Shown here: positions 12,190 through 23,560 of the stretch, one piece after another
How the letters are laid out: each line of letters starts with the position of its first letter
How positions within the stretch are numbered: position 1 is the first letter of the stretch
NCBI GenBank assembly: GCA_038087875.1
Contig: CM075995.1
Coordinates: forward strand, 622,001-686,000
Direction: 5' to 3'
Length of the DNA: 64,000 nucleotides
Source: Malacoraja senta
Lineage: Eukaryota
Notes under the pieces: generated by a model
The model's database searches: none
What the model saw: only the letters and a program-made list of their open reading frames with translations
Told to the model about the DNA's origin: nothing
Translations under genes and position numbers: made by a program

Positions 12190-13733
12190 ACGCTGTACAG
12201 CTCTACGCCATCTCCTTAAAAAGCAACGTCAACCTTTGCATTTGATTTAATGCACCGGGTGCTATGCATTGCAATGCAGCTTCCACCAGAAGACCAGAGG
12301 GGGAGGGGAGGGGAGGAGTCACATTAGCAAAGTGCATCAATGCCACGCTCTGTCTGCAGGTCTGCAGCTCCCAGGGTCCAGGCGAGACCAGTGCCTGGAT
12401 AGTGTCGCTGTATTTCTCCACGCTGTATAACTCTACGACATCTCCTTAAAACGCAACGCAAAGCTTTGCATTTAATTTAATGCACGAGGCGCTATGCATT
12501 GCAATGCATAAAATGACAGGAGGGGAGGTGGAAGCACATTTGCAAAAGTTGCATCTATCCCCCGCTCTGTCTGCAGCTCCCAGGGACCGAGCTCCAAGCT
12601 GACGCATGCGCCGCCTCCGCCCCACCGAACGACACGTCATCCCCAGCCGGACCCGTCCATTCCTCCCGTGCGGGGGTGTGACCACCTCCCTTTATTCATA
12701 TAAAGGCCCATTTTAAACTATTAACCCCCATGACGTCCATATGCGGGGTATAAAGTAATTATTAGATTAAGGGCGGTTGGAAAATGCTGGTTTGAGGTTC
12801 TGAGGGAAGTAGTGGGTATTTCATGTTCTTGTATTCCCCCCCGCGGTGCTGAGGGAGGATGCAAATACATGGACTTTCCCCCCACTGCCACCACCTCCCT
12901 TTACCCACATTTCGGCCTCTTTACCAACTTTTGACCCCTATTGCGTCAACATGAAGGCTGTGAATACATCAATAGATTAAAGGCAGTTAGGAAATGTTTG
13001 TTGGAGGTCCTGAGGGAGGCAGTGGGGGGAAAGTCCATGTATTTGCATCTCCCCCCTCCCTCAGCACCGCAGGATGGGGGGGGGGGGATACAAGGGCATG
13101 AAATACCCACTGCCTCCCTCAGAACCTCATGCCAGCATTTCCCAACTGCCCTTAATCTAATAACTATTTTACACCCCGCATATGGACGTAATGGGGGTTC
13201 AAAGTTGATAATGGGCCTTTATATGAACAAAGGGAGGTGGTGGCACCCTCGCGGGGGGGGGGAATGGACGGGTCCGGCTGGGGATGACGTGTTGCTCGGT
13301 GCGGCGGAGGCGCATGCGCCATCCTGGAACCCGGGGTCTGGGAGCTGCAGACAGAGCGAGGAATCGATGCACTTTGCAAATGTGCTTCTTTCCCCTCCCT
13401 CATCTTCTGCATGGAAGCTGTATTGCAACGCATAGCACTTCGTGCATTAAACTAAATGCAAAGCTCTCGGTTGCTTTTTAAGGAGCTGTCGTAGAGTTAT
13501 ACAGCGTGAGCGTGGAGAAACACAGCGACACTACCTGGGCACCAGTCCCGCCTGGACCCCGGGAACTGCAGACAGAGCGGGCGATCGATGCACTTTGCAG
13601 ATCTGCTCCCTCCCTCTCCTCTCTTCTGCATGGAAGCTGTATTTGTAACGTGCAATGCATAACACCTCGTGCATTAAATTAAATGCAAAGATCTCCATTG
13701 CTTTTAAGGCGATGTCACAGAGTTATACAACGT
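12190..13733. repeat. Long imperfect inverted repeat (arms 12190-12889 and 13018-13733) immediately upstream of FAM8A1
   Basis: Arms are reverse complements throughout, e.g. atgcaaatacatggactttcccccc / ggggggaaagtccatgtatttgcat and cacgtcatccccagccggacccgtccattcc / ggaatggacgggtccggctggggatgacgtg. Each arm has an internal ~230 bp tandem duplication. Confidence 0.92.
12600..12710 (-). promoter_or_regulatory. Putative FAM8A1 core promoter (NRF1-like CGCATGCG, GC box, CRE/ATF-like TGACGT); mirrored at ~13215-13320
   Basis: acgcatgcgc at 12602-12611, ctccgcccc GC box just after, and acgtcat at 12634-12640, about 470-510 bp upstream of the ATG. Motif-based only. Confidence 0.5.
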
Positions 13734-14155
13734 CACACCGTCCCATCTACACTACCTGCATTTGGCCCATATATCCTCTAAATCTATCCCTGCCTCAACT
13801 TCCTACTGTGGCAGCTCGTTCCATGCACCCACCACCCTTTGTACCAAAAAGTTGCCCCTCAGGTTCCTGTTAAATCATTCCCCCTTCACCTTAAACCAAT
13901 GTCATCTGGTTCTAATTCCCCTACTCTGGACAAGAGATTCTGTGCGTCTACCCAATTTATTCCTCTCATGATTTTATACACCTCTATAAGTTGAATAAGG
14001 TAAAATGTGTAGGAAAGAACTACAGGCGCTGGTTTATTACAAAGATTGACACAAAATGCTGGAGGAACTCAGCGGGTCAGGCAGCATCTCTGGGGGAAAA
14101 GGAATAGGCGACGTTTCGGGTCGGAACCCTAAAGACGACCCGAAACGTCACCTAT

Positions 14156-15051
14156 AGGGGGTGTGCACGTAAGGTCACTGGGTCATAGGGCTTGACGCAC
14201 GGAGCCGCTCAATCCATCTGGAGGACATCCGTAACTTCCAGTATATGTTATTAATGTAAGAAACGCGTACTTTCCTACCTGTTAAAAACCGCCAAAATGT
14301 TGAATTTTTGCGCTGTAAAAAATTGTGGAAGCCGGGGTAAGCGTGAGAGACATGTACCCAACTTCAGAATTCCAAAAGTGAAGCGAAATGAAGGTAAAGA
14401 GAAGCGAGAGCTGAAGGGACAACAACAGCCAAAGTGCTTGGCGAACAATGGCCGTGCAGATATCGGAATAGAAAATATTGGGAATTATCGCGTTTGCTCA
14501 CTGCATTTCATCAACAGCAAGGCATTATTTGTGGTTTTTCTTGATTCCTTTGTAATCTAAAATGTCTCAGAAGTGATAAATCTGTCTGTAAATTTTGCTT
14601 CAGAGGCGTTTTCTTTTTGTATGTAAAAACCCATTTGAGAACCATGGGCGATTTTAAAATTTTACAGCCAGATTTATCACTTCTGAAACTTTTCGATGCC
14701 AAAGGAATCAAGAAAAAACACAAATAATACCTTAGTTGATGAAATGCAGTGAGCAAACGGCCAATATTCGCCAGGCACTCTGGCTGTTGTTGTCCCTTCA
14801 GCTCTCGCTTCTATCTACCGTCATTTCTCCTCACTTTTGGAATTCTGAAGTAGGCTAAATGTCTCTCACGCTTATCCCGATTTCCATATTTACAGTGCAA
14901 AAAATTGACAATTTCGGCGAGTTTTAACGGGCCCGCTACGCTGGAAACAATGGTGAGTGCTTACCTGCAGTTCATTGCGTGTACTCCACTTGGCGTAGCA
15001 TAGCAACAGTACGGGTCATGAGTCGTGACCCGACTGCCGTGAAACCTCCCT
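14156..15051. mobile_element. Non-autonomous foldback DNA transposon with THAP-domain remnant (ISL2EU/Harbinger-like)
   Basis: Imperfect TIRs AGGGGGTGTGCACG / CGTGAAACCTCCCT with AT duplicated on both sides; removal restores the host Penelope-like sequence gtcacctattcc. ORF 14297-14560 has a C-x4-C...FRIP...RVCSLHF THAP pattern, with an inverted degenerate copy at ~14655-14928. Confidence 0.75.
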
Positions 15052-15337
15052 ATTCCTTTTCTCCAGAGATGCTGGCCTTAGTTACTCCAGCATTTTGTGT
15101 CTATGTTGAGTAAGTAATTCTGTTGGCAAACATGTGATGGTTGCACACTCGTTGGAATAAGGTGAGAACATAGAAAATAGGTGCAGTAGGCCATTCGGCC
15201 CTTCGAGCCAGCATCGCGTTTCAATGTGATCATGGCTGATCATCCAAAATCAGTACCTCATTCCTGCTTTTTCCCCATATCCCTTGATTCCTTTAGCCCG
15301 AAGAGCTATAGATTTATAGAATTATAGAACAATTAGT

Positions 15338-15398
15338 CTGAAGAAGGGTTTCGGCCCGAAACGTTGCTGTCTGAAGAAGGGTTTCGGCCCGAAACGTT
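15338..15398 (+). ncRNA. Tandem pair of minimal type I hammerhead-ribozyme-like cores in a Penelope-like repeat
   Basis: 2 x CTGAAGA-A-GGGT-TTCG-GCCC-GAAACGTT with 33 bp period: CUGANGA box, stem II, GAAA box and palindromic ACGT. Confidence 0.62.
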
Positions 15399-15564
15399 GC
15401 CTATTTCCTTCGCTCCATAGATGCTGCTGCACCCGCTGAGTTTCTCCAGCACTTTTGTCTATGAACAATTACAGCTCAAGTAAGCCCAAATTGCCTGAAT
15501 TTACCCTCCAGTGCCAGTGGATTATTGCATTGAAGATTTTTTCACTCCTTGTGGTAGGGCCAGC

Positions 15565-16198
15565 AATGGCTGCCTCGCCAACAGTCTGTCTGTCCCTTGC
15601 TTCTTTGTGTTTTAATAGTTTGTGTTAAATGTTTGTTTTTAGTGTTCTTTAGCTTGTTTTATGTGGGGAGTCGGGGAAACTTTTTCAAATCTCTTACCTC
15701 GACGGAGATGCGATTTCTTTCCGTATCGTATCTCCGTCCGCACTGTGGCCTAACATCGAGGAGTTGCCGGCCTTTGCCGGAGACCGGCTTTTGACAGCTC
15801 CACCGCAGGGACCCTACGGGACTTTAACATCACGGAGCCTGCGATCCCTTTGCCAGGGATCGACCTCAGAGCTCCAACAGTGGGTGCTTGTAGACGTAAC
15901 ATCACGGAGCTCGCGGTCTCTGGTCAGAGGCCGACTTCGGGAACTCCAAGTCACAGGAGCTTCGATCGCCCCGACGGATGGTCCAACTGCCCCAACCGCG
16001 GGAGAATAAAGAGAAAGAAGATTGGACTTTTTTGCCTTCCATCACAGTCAGGAATGTGGGGAATCTGCTGTGTTGGATGGTTATGTTAACTTTTATGTAG
16101 TTGTGTGTCTTGCTGCTTTTTTTCGTATGGCTGTATGGTAAATGGCATATCACTGTACCTTAATTGGTACGTGGCAATAAAAGACCTTTGAACTTTGA
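15565..16198 (+). mobile_element. Non-autonomous retroposon without tRNA head, copy B (Rex1/Babar-like tail)
   Basis: Same blocks as copy A. The tail cactgtaccttaattggtacgtggcaataaa resembles the Rex1/Babar tails in this window. Confidence 0.7.
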
Positions 16199-16257
16199 AG
16201 AATCCACATGTGACTAAGAAGATGCTAATGTGCAAAGTGTTTGTTTAGAATGGAAAA

Positions 16258-16850
16258 CGTTATTGTCACGTGACTAGGCACAGTGAGATTCTTTGCTGCA
16301 TCCCAAATGTAAACAAATAGCATCCACCTACAGCGTTGACAAAGTTACAAAGCACGCCGGCTCCTCCTTTTGTTCTCCCCCCCCACCCCCCCCCCCCCAG
16401 TGGTCCCCATTGTCCTTTGTTCTCCCACCCTCCCCAATTGTTCATTGTTCTCCCCCCCACCTCCCTCACGGCGAGCCCCCCCCCCCACGCCAGGTCCTCC
16501 ATTGTTCTTCCCCTCCCCCCCCCTGTCACAGTGGTCCCCCCACGCTCTCATCTCGCGGGTCGACCGGCAAGGCCCCATCGTCGCGAGGCTTCACCAGTAC
16601 CGCTACCCAGACCTCACCACTGTCGCCACCCCACTTCACACCTCCGTGGTGCCAACCCGGGCCTCAAAGGCGGGCTCCGTCGGCCGCTCCGCCGACCCAC
16701 GAGGTCCGGCTCCTCCGTCCGACCCGCAAGGCCCCGGCCGGGCCCCGACCCGGGCTTCTATGCGGCGATCCGGAAAGCATCAAGACAGCGATGCCTCGAT
16801 GCCGCGTTCCCAGCACGCAGCCGCGGCCCGTCGGGGTGTCATGTCAATGT
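16258..16850 (-). mobile_element. GC-rich non-autonomous retroposon with Rex-like tail (related fragment at 25300-25420)
   Basis: Minus-strand tail gaatctcactgtgcctagtcacgtgacaataa; the block acaaatagca..ccacctac..cg.tgac..agttacaaagca.gccggctcc recurs at ~25325. Confidence 0.5.
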
Positions 16851-16949
16851 CAAGTCAAAACATAAAAGAAGGAACTGCAGATGTTGGAAACCTGAAATAA
16901 AAACGTGGGCCAAGTAACGGGTCAGGCAGCATACGTCGGGAAAGAGGTC

Positions 16950-17305
16950 CCTCTTCTCCCCTCTCCCATCGGGCAAAAGGTACAGAAGTGTGAAAACGCA
17001 CATCTCCAGATTTAGGGGCAGTTTCTTCCAGCTGTTAACAGGCAACTGAACCATTCTACCACAACTAGAGAGCAGTGCTGAACTACAATCAACATCATTG
17101 GAGACCTTCGGACTATCTTTGATTGGACTTTACTGAATTTTATCTTGCACTAAAAGTTATTCACGTTATTCCCTTTATCATGTATCCGTACACTGAATGG
17201 CTCAATTGTAATCATGTATTGCCTTTGCGCTGACTGGTTGGCATGCAACAAAAGCTTTTCACTGTACCTTGGTACACGTGACAATAAACGGATCTAATCT
17301 AAACT
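16950..17305 (+). mobile_element. Rex1/Babar-like LINE 3' fragment
   Basis: Encodes LFSPLPSGKRYRSVKTHISRFRGSFF-type C-terminus; tail cactgtaccttggtacacgtgacaataaa. Confidence 0.75.
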
Positions 17306-17487
17306 AGGTGGCATTTACATTCAAGGTCAACGACCTTTCATCGCAGCAGATCTGGTTGCTCCATTACAGGAAGGTTGCTTGTGGAATGATGTGTGGAAGA
17401 TGTATTCTAGTGTTATGACATAGAATCTAAATCATCAGTCATTAAGAGCACCACAGCGACCATTTCATATTTTGCAACACTTCCGCT

Positions 17488-17493
17488 TTTATT
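17488..17493 (-). promoter_or_regulatory. Candidate polyadenylation signal (AATAAA) for CAP2
   Basis: AATAAA on the minus strand ~1.8 kb past the CAP2 stop, in non-repeat sequence. No transcript evidence. Confidence 0.3.
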
Positions 17494-19283
17494 TTCAGGA
17501 CATCCTCCATGTGTGACATGACAAAAGTCTACAAACCAGCTAACAATATTATAAATTACAATAACTAATCCCTCAATTAACGGGAACAACTGCAGTACTA
17601 CTTTGCAAGGAGACTATCCATTTTCTACGCTAAGATAATGGCGAGGACAAACTTTGGAGCTCGGAACAGTAAAAGTTTACGTTAGTCTTGCTGCTGTGAC
17701 GTGCGAGCGCAGTGTGACTCTGCTTGACATAGCTTTAATCAAGTCATTACATTGTAATAGAATTGCCGGGACCCGATTACTGCATAAACAAAACACTGGA
17801 CAAAACAGATCTACATGTGTCGGAAGGAACGGCAGATGCTGCTTTACGCCGAAGATAAGACACAAAATGCTGGAGTAACTCGGCGGGACAGACAGCACCT
17901 CTGGATAAAAGGAGGAAGTGACGTTTCGGGTCGGGACTCTTCGGGAATGGGTGAAGGTCTCAATCCGAAAAGTCACCCATTCCTTCTATCCAGAGATGCT
18001 GCCTGTCCCGCTGAGTTACTCCAGCATTTTGTGTCTAATACAGATCTACAGATGTGAACCTCTGAACCATGCTCTAGCTTTCTTAAAGTGGTTCGGCTAT
18101 ATCAAAGTAAAGCTTGGAGCATAGGAAGGAAAAGACTTCACAGCTACTTTTACGGGTTCTGCTTCTGCCTACATCACATCATGCAGACACCTTAAGTAAT
18201 GGCAGAAAAGGGAGTCAGGGGTTATGGGGGGAAGGCAGGAGAATGGGTTTGAGTGGGAAAGATAGATCAGCCATAATTGAATGGCGGAGTAGAATTGATG
18301 GGCCAAATGGCCTAATTCTACTCCTAAAACCAATGTTAGCTTCGTTATGTCACAAAGAATAGGAGTAGAATTAGGCCATTCGGCCCATCTACTCCGCCAT
18401 TTCAATCATGGCTGATCTATCTCTCCTCACCCCATTCTCGTGCCTTCTCCCCATAACCTTTGACACCCGTACTAATCAAGAAATGTTATCAAGTTATGTA
18501 AATGTAGAGACCTCCTCCCTGATACAAATTGAGGTTTGCTTTGAGTTGGTCAAAAAACTAGTTTGATAGCATTGGTCAAAAAATCTACGGTTAATATAGA
18601 TGAAGCATAACTGATAAAACCCAAATGTATTTTCAAAATATAATGGAGATTGGTTTAAAAACAACTTGATGTCCAATTACTTTCCTAATAAGGACAACAT
18701 ATAGCCTGACTAGGAAAGTAAGGTAAAATGTTCCACAGTATTGGCACTGGGATATAAAGGAAGATATATGGAAGTTTAATTGAAACTATTGCACTGGGAT
18801 CACACTTTAGTTTTTGCTGAATTTGGAATAAACTTGAGACATTTTCTTTTAAAAAAAGGACAAGTCTGACTTTCTTCCCCCCCCCCCCCCCCCCCGTTTA
18901 CAAAGAATAATGGCAATTGAGATGCACAATTATATAATCAAGAGTTCCTATAACTAATTCCCATTGAACTGAAAAAATACTGTGGTTTAAAACTTGTGAA
19001 AGATTCAGGTGAGATGATGTCAAACTAAGCGCATTTAGGTACAAAGGTGGCAATTGCATTCGAAATATGTCACGTGTATTGTAACTCTCGGGTGACTAAA
19101 GACGTACAGAGCCAGAAAGGCTGCTGATCGTTGCACCCCTACTTGTGAAGCAGTTAACTGCAAGGTATCTGACTACTGTGTGTGGTATGCTGTGGTTGCA
19201 CAAAGTGTAAAATCGCATTATGGTGAATTGGTATCTCTAGAAACCCCACGGGTCAAAGGTGGAGCAGCTCCTCAAATGAGCAG

Positions 19284-19367
19284 TTAGCCAACGTTCTCTG
19301 CCGCTTCGGTGCAGAGCTTTGTTCCATCCCATGTGGTCTTGAACTGTTCAGGAACTGGATACTCTTT
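19284..19367 (-). CDS. CAP2: CAP2 terminal coding exon (KEYPVPEQFKTTWDGTKLCTEAAENVG*)
   Basis: Too short for the ORF track, so read manually: acceptor cctttctag|AAA, 27 codons plus TAA at 19286-19284. Matches the CAP C-terminus E(F/Y)P(I/V)PEQFKTxWxGxKL. Confidence 0.9.
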   Translation of the reverse strand, partial: KEYPVPEQFKTTWDGTKLCTEAAENVG

Positions 19368-19809
19368 CTAGAAAGGAAACAAAACTCGTGTGAGCGGATA
19401 GGATTTCATGCCCGGAACAGAAAACTCACTTTCAAAATTACAGAGATTAGACACAAGAGTGCTGGAGTAACTCAGCGGGTCAGGCAACATATGTGGAGAA
19501 AAAGGATGGGTGACGTTTCGGGTCGGGACCCTTCTTCCCGACCAACAATGCTGCCCATCCTTTTTACTCCAAAGATGCTGCCTGACATTACATTAAACAC
19601 TACAACCTCCATTAGCTCTGGATTACAGAGACTATTATTGCACCATTATTGCTGTTTGTCTTTTAATTGTACGTATGTGTGTGTATATACGTGTGTGTGT
19701 GTGTGTGTGTGTGTGTGAGTACATGTGTATATACACACACTGAACTTTTTTTCTCATTTTTATTATGTTGTTTTTTTCTCGTTTATTATATTGGTGATTA
19801 GTTGCAGAT

Positions 19810-20245
19810 GGGCAGTGGGCAGGTGCTATAGACCTGCGCGGGAAGGTAGACGCTCCGGCCCCCACGAGTCTCGGGCAGATGGGCTCGTCAGCCTGGGAAG
19901 GCAGTCCATCTAGGAGAGGGAAAACTCTGATTTAAAACCCCCACTGCCTTGTGGCCATATCCAGTCATGGAAATGGCTCCTGGAGTAAACCTCAAGAAAA
20001 TCCGGAGTCGGAGCCCCTAAGGCAGTTCGCCGTTGTCTACAACCTCGCTCTGGCAGCTCCTGCGACGGCGCTGGTGCCAAACTGTAACGGCCCTGCTGTT
20101 CCTTTGGATCGATCAGCGACGTGGAGAGGGGGGACGTGCTGCATGGGCAACAGCCTGTCCTCCATATGACATCGCCCAGGCTTGGCATCCGACCAGGATG
20201 CATCACCCATGGTCAGTCATGACCGAGGGGGGCCTACTACCTGAC
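19810..20245 (+). mobile_element. RTE-like short non-autonomous element (5' UTR-like body plus hairpin/ctac tail)
   Basis: gcagatgggctcgtcagcctgggaaggcagtccatctaggagagggaaaactctga resembles vertebrate RTE 5' UTRs as recalled. Ends in a ggtca..tgacc hairpin and ctactac. Confidence 0.45.
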
Positions 20246-20289
20246 CCACTAATTTACCCTGAGTTACAGGTCACAACCTGGCCACTCCT

Positions 20290-20626
20290 TCTTCACTCCT
20301 CTCCCTTCAGGCAAAACTATAGAAGTGTGAAAACGCACACCTCCAGAGTCAGAGGCAGTTTCTTCCCAGCTGCTATCAGGCAACTGAATCATCCTACCAG
20401 AACCAGAGAGCAGTCCTGAACTACTATCGACCTCATTGGTGACCCCCGGACTATCCTTGATCGGACTTTGCTGGCTTTACCTTGCACTAAACGTTATTCC
20501 CTTATTATGTATCTATACACTGTAAATGGCTCGATTGTAATCATGTATTGTCTTTCTGCTGACTGGTTAGCACGAAACAAAAGCTTTTCACTGTACCTCG
20601 GTACATGTGACAATAAACTAAACTGA
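20290..20626 (+). mobile_element. Rex1/Babar-like LINE 3' fragment
   Basis: YRSVKTHTSRVRGSFFPAAIRQLN and the same 3' tail. Confidence 0.75.
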
Positions 20627-21765
20627 TCTTGCACCTGAATTGTGTAGGAAAGAACTGCCGATGCTGGTTTAAAGTGAAGATTTCACTGTACCTCGGTACA
20701 CTTGACAATAAACTAAACTAAACTAGTAATGAGATGGGATTTTGACCACTGGAGAATATTGATGAGATAGTAAGATGGGTGGGGGAAAGGACCGATGGAA
20801 TTCAATGTGAAAGAAATATGCTGAGATGCTTTTTTTTTAGACAATAGGTGCAGGAGTAGGCCATTCGGCCCTTCGAGCCAGCACCGCCATTTAATGTGAT
20901 CATGGCTGATCATCCCCAATCAGTACCCCGTTCCTACCTTCTCCCCCATATCCCCTGACTCTGCTATTGTTAAGAGCCCTATCTAGCTCTCTCTTGAAAG
21001 CATCCAGAGAACCCACTCCACCGCCCTCTGAGGCAGAGAATTCCACAGGACTAATTCCGCAGGGGACAGAATTCCAAAGGACTAATAAAGCTTAGACAGA
21101 AACAGTGAAGGGGAAGGCCCTGTAGACTATTGAAGAACTGAGGGATCTTAGTGTACAAGCCCAAGAGGCCTTGAAGGAAGATAAGGTCGCTGAGAAGGTA
21201 TACGAGACACCTGCCTTCATGAACAAGGCACAATGTTAAAGGCGGGACGATATGGTACACTTTTATCAACTGAGACACAAAGTGCTGGAGTAACTCAGTG
21301 GCAACATCCCTGGGGAACATGGATATGTAACGTTATGGGTCGGGACCCTTAAACTATGGGATAAGCCACAACTGGAGTATTATGAGCACTTCTGTTTGCC
21401 ACACCATTGGAAGGATGTGAATGGACTGGTGAGGGTGCAGAATGTTGCCTGTGATAGAGTTTCAGTAAAATTAGTTACTGAAGGACGGTTTGGTGGTGTG
21501 GCAATAGCACTAATGCCTTACAGCGCCAGAGACCCGGGTTCGATCCTGGCTATGGGTGCGGTCTGTTTGGAGTTTGTACGTTCTCCACATGATCTGCATG
21601 GATTTTCTCCAAGATCTTCGGTTTCCTCCCAAACTCCAAAGAAGTAGGTTAATTGGCTTGGTATATATTAAAAAAATTAAGTTAAAATTGTCCCTAGGAT
21701 AGCGTTAGTGTGCGGGGATCGCTGGTCGGTGCGAACTCGGTGAGCCGAGGGACCTGTATCTCTAA

Positions 21766-21982
21766 AGGGCCTGTCCCACTTTCACAACCTAATTCACGAC
21801 CTTTTTTACTCGTGGACATTTTTCATCATGCTAGAAAAAACGCCCCGACCTACTTGATGCCACGAGTACCTACGACTAGCATCACGGCCTGCTACGACCT
21901 CGTGACAACCATGCTGCGAGTATGAGTCAAGGGCAAACTCGGCAGAGGTCGTGAACTAGGTCGTGAAAGTGGGACAGGCCCT
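21766..21982. mobile_element. Harbinger-type MITE
   Basis: TIR AGGGCCTGTCCCACTTTCAC / GTGAAAGTGGGACAGGCCCT; flanks TAA and TTA; sits in a SINE tail. Confidence 0.85.
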
Positions 21983-22892
21983 TTAACAAGACTAAACTGA
22001 ACCAAATAAAATGATGGAAAGATACAAGGACCTGAACAGATAAATGCTCAGTAGTAAATCCTTATTATCTCAGTTGAAAGAGTAAAATGAACTCCATGTC
22101 CCAGTATTGGAAGCACACTTTGTTATATTTGGTAGGTTTAACCGACTGAGCTACTTTAGCTTTGAAGTGAATTACTCCAGAGTTACTGCAGAACATTGAC
22201 AAATGAATTGCAGAGCAAATCTGTTAAAATCAAAGGCTTTCATAGAAAATAATTCTAAAGCTGCTTTCATTTCCATCCCAAGTAACTAAACTCAAACAAA
22301 AAGGAAAAACACTAACGAACTTCATGTTTATTATTTTAGGAAAAACATTGGCAAATTAGCAAAGCCTTCAACCTTGAGTTCAGGCTAAACATTGGTGGTT
22401 AATATTAGGTTACATAATGCTGAATGGTTTAATGCCATTTTGACACGAAGTATAAAAAGAAGTTGGCCTTTAAAACAAAAAAAACAGTTATGGGGGTAAC
22501 TTTTATCAATTTGGGCAGCGCGTTATGCTTTAGAAACATAGAAAATAGGTGTAGGAGGAGGCCATTTGGCCCTTCAAGCCAGCACCGCCATTCATTGCGA
22601 TCGTGGCTGATCTTCCCCTATCAATAACCCGTGCCTGCCTTCTCCCCATATCCCTTGATTCCATTAGCCCCAAGAGCTCTATCTAACTCTCTCTTAAATC
22701 CATCCAGTGACTTGGCCACTGCCATCTGTGGCAGGGAATTCCACAAATTCGCAACTCTCTGGGTGAAAAAGGTTTTTCTCACCTCAGTCTTAAATGGCCT
22801 CCCCTTTATTTTAAGAATGAGATTGTACATCAGTGGTTGCATTTGAGAGAGAAAAACAAAGAACTGCAGATGCTGGTTTATACCAAAGTTAG

Positions 22893-23092
22893 NNNNNNNN
22901 NNNNNNNNNNNNNNNNNNNNNNNNNNNNNNNNNNNNNNNNNNNNNNNNNNNNNNNNNNNNNNNNNNNNNNNNNNNNNNNNNNNNNNNNNNNNNNNNNNNN
23001 NNNNNNNNNNNNNNNNNNNNNNNNNNNNNNNNNNNNNNNNNNNNNNNNNNNNNNNNNNNNNNNNNNNNNNNNNNNNNNNNNNNNNNNNNNNN
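22893..23092. other. Assembly gap (200 N)
   Basis: Run of exactly 200 N; the flanks are unrelated repeat fragments (Penelope-like on the left, CR1 3' end on the right). Confidence 0.99.
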
Positions 23093-23436
23093 GGTACTGA
23101 TTGGGGATGATCAGCCATGATCACATTGAATGGCAGTGCTGGCTTGAAGGGCCAAATGGCCTACTCCTGCACCTATTGTCTATTGTCTATTGACAATTTT
23201 TTACATTTACCAAGCCAATTAACCTACAAACCTGTACGTCTTTGGAGTGTGGGAGGAAACCGAAGATCTCGGAGAAAACCCACGCAGGTCACGGGGAGAA
23301 CGTACAAACTCCGTACAGACAGCACCCGTAGCCAGGATCGAACCCGGATCTCTGGCGCCGTAAGCGCTCGAGAGGCAGCAACTCTGCCGCTCCTTTGTTA
23401 AGCTCCCAGTTCTTTAAATATTTAGTAATCGCTTAC

Positions 23437-23560
23437 CTATGGTAATGGAATTGATTTTGCCTTGAATTTTAATCACAGAGTTGTTGCATTTGTAGACGTA
23501 GGCAACGTGTTTGAGTTCTGCCTCAGAAATGACCAGGCTTCTTTCATTCTCTTGATATTC
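23437..23560 (-). CDS. CAP2: CAP2 internal exon, CARP domain ([41 protein letters not shown])
   Basis: Acceptor ttttttaag|GAA (phase 0), donor ATA G|GTAAG (phase 1), 124 bp. In frame with the preceding exon and similar to CAP2 EYQEDRNDLVISETELKQVAYIFKC as recalled. Confidence 0.92.

Noticed and set aside
12132..12191. N-terminal extension of FAM8A1 in the ORF track
   Set aside because: It starts at a non-ATG codon; the ATG at 12131 has good context and fits the expected N-terminus.
11594..12245. Plus-strand ORFs overlapping FAM8A1 exon 1
   Set aside because: Antisense shadows of a GC-rich exon.
16293..16917. Three overlapping proline-rich ORFs of 176-193 aa
   Set aside because: Low-complexity C-runs and GC-rich repeat sequence open in all frames; no recognisable domain.
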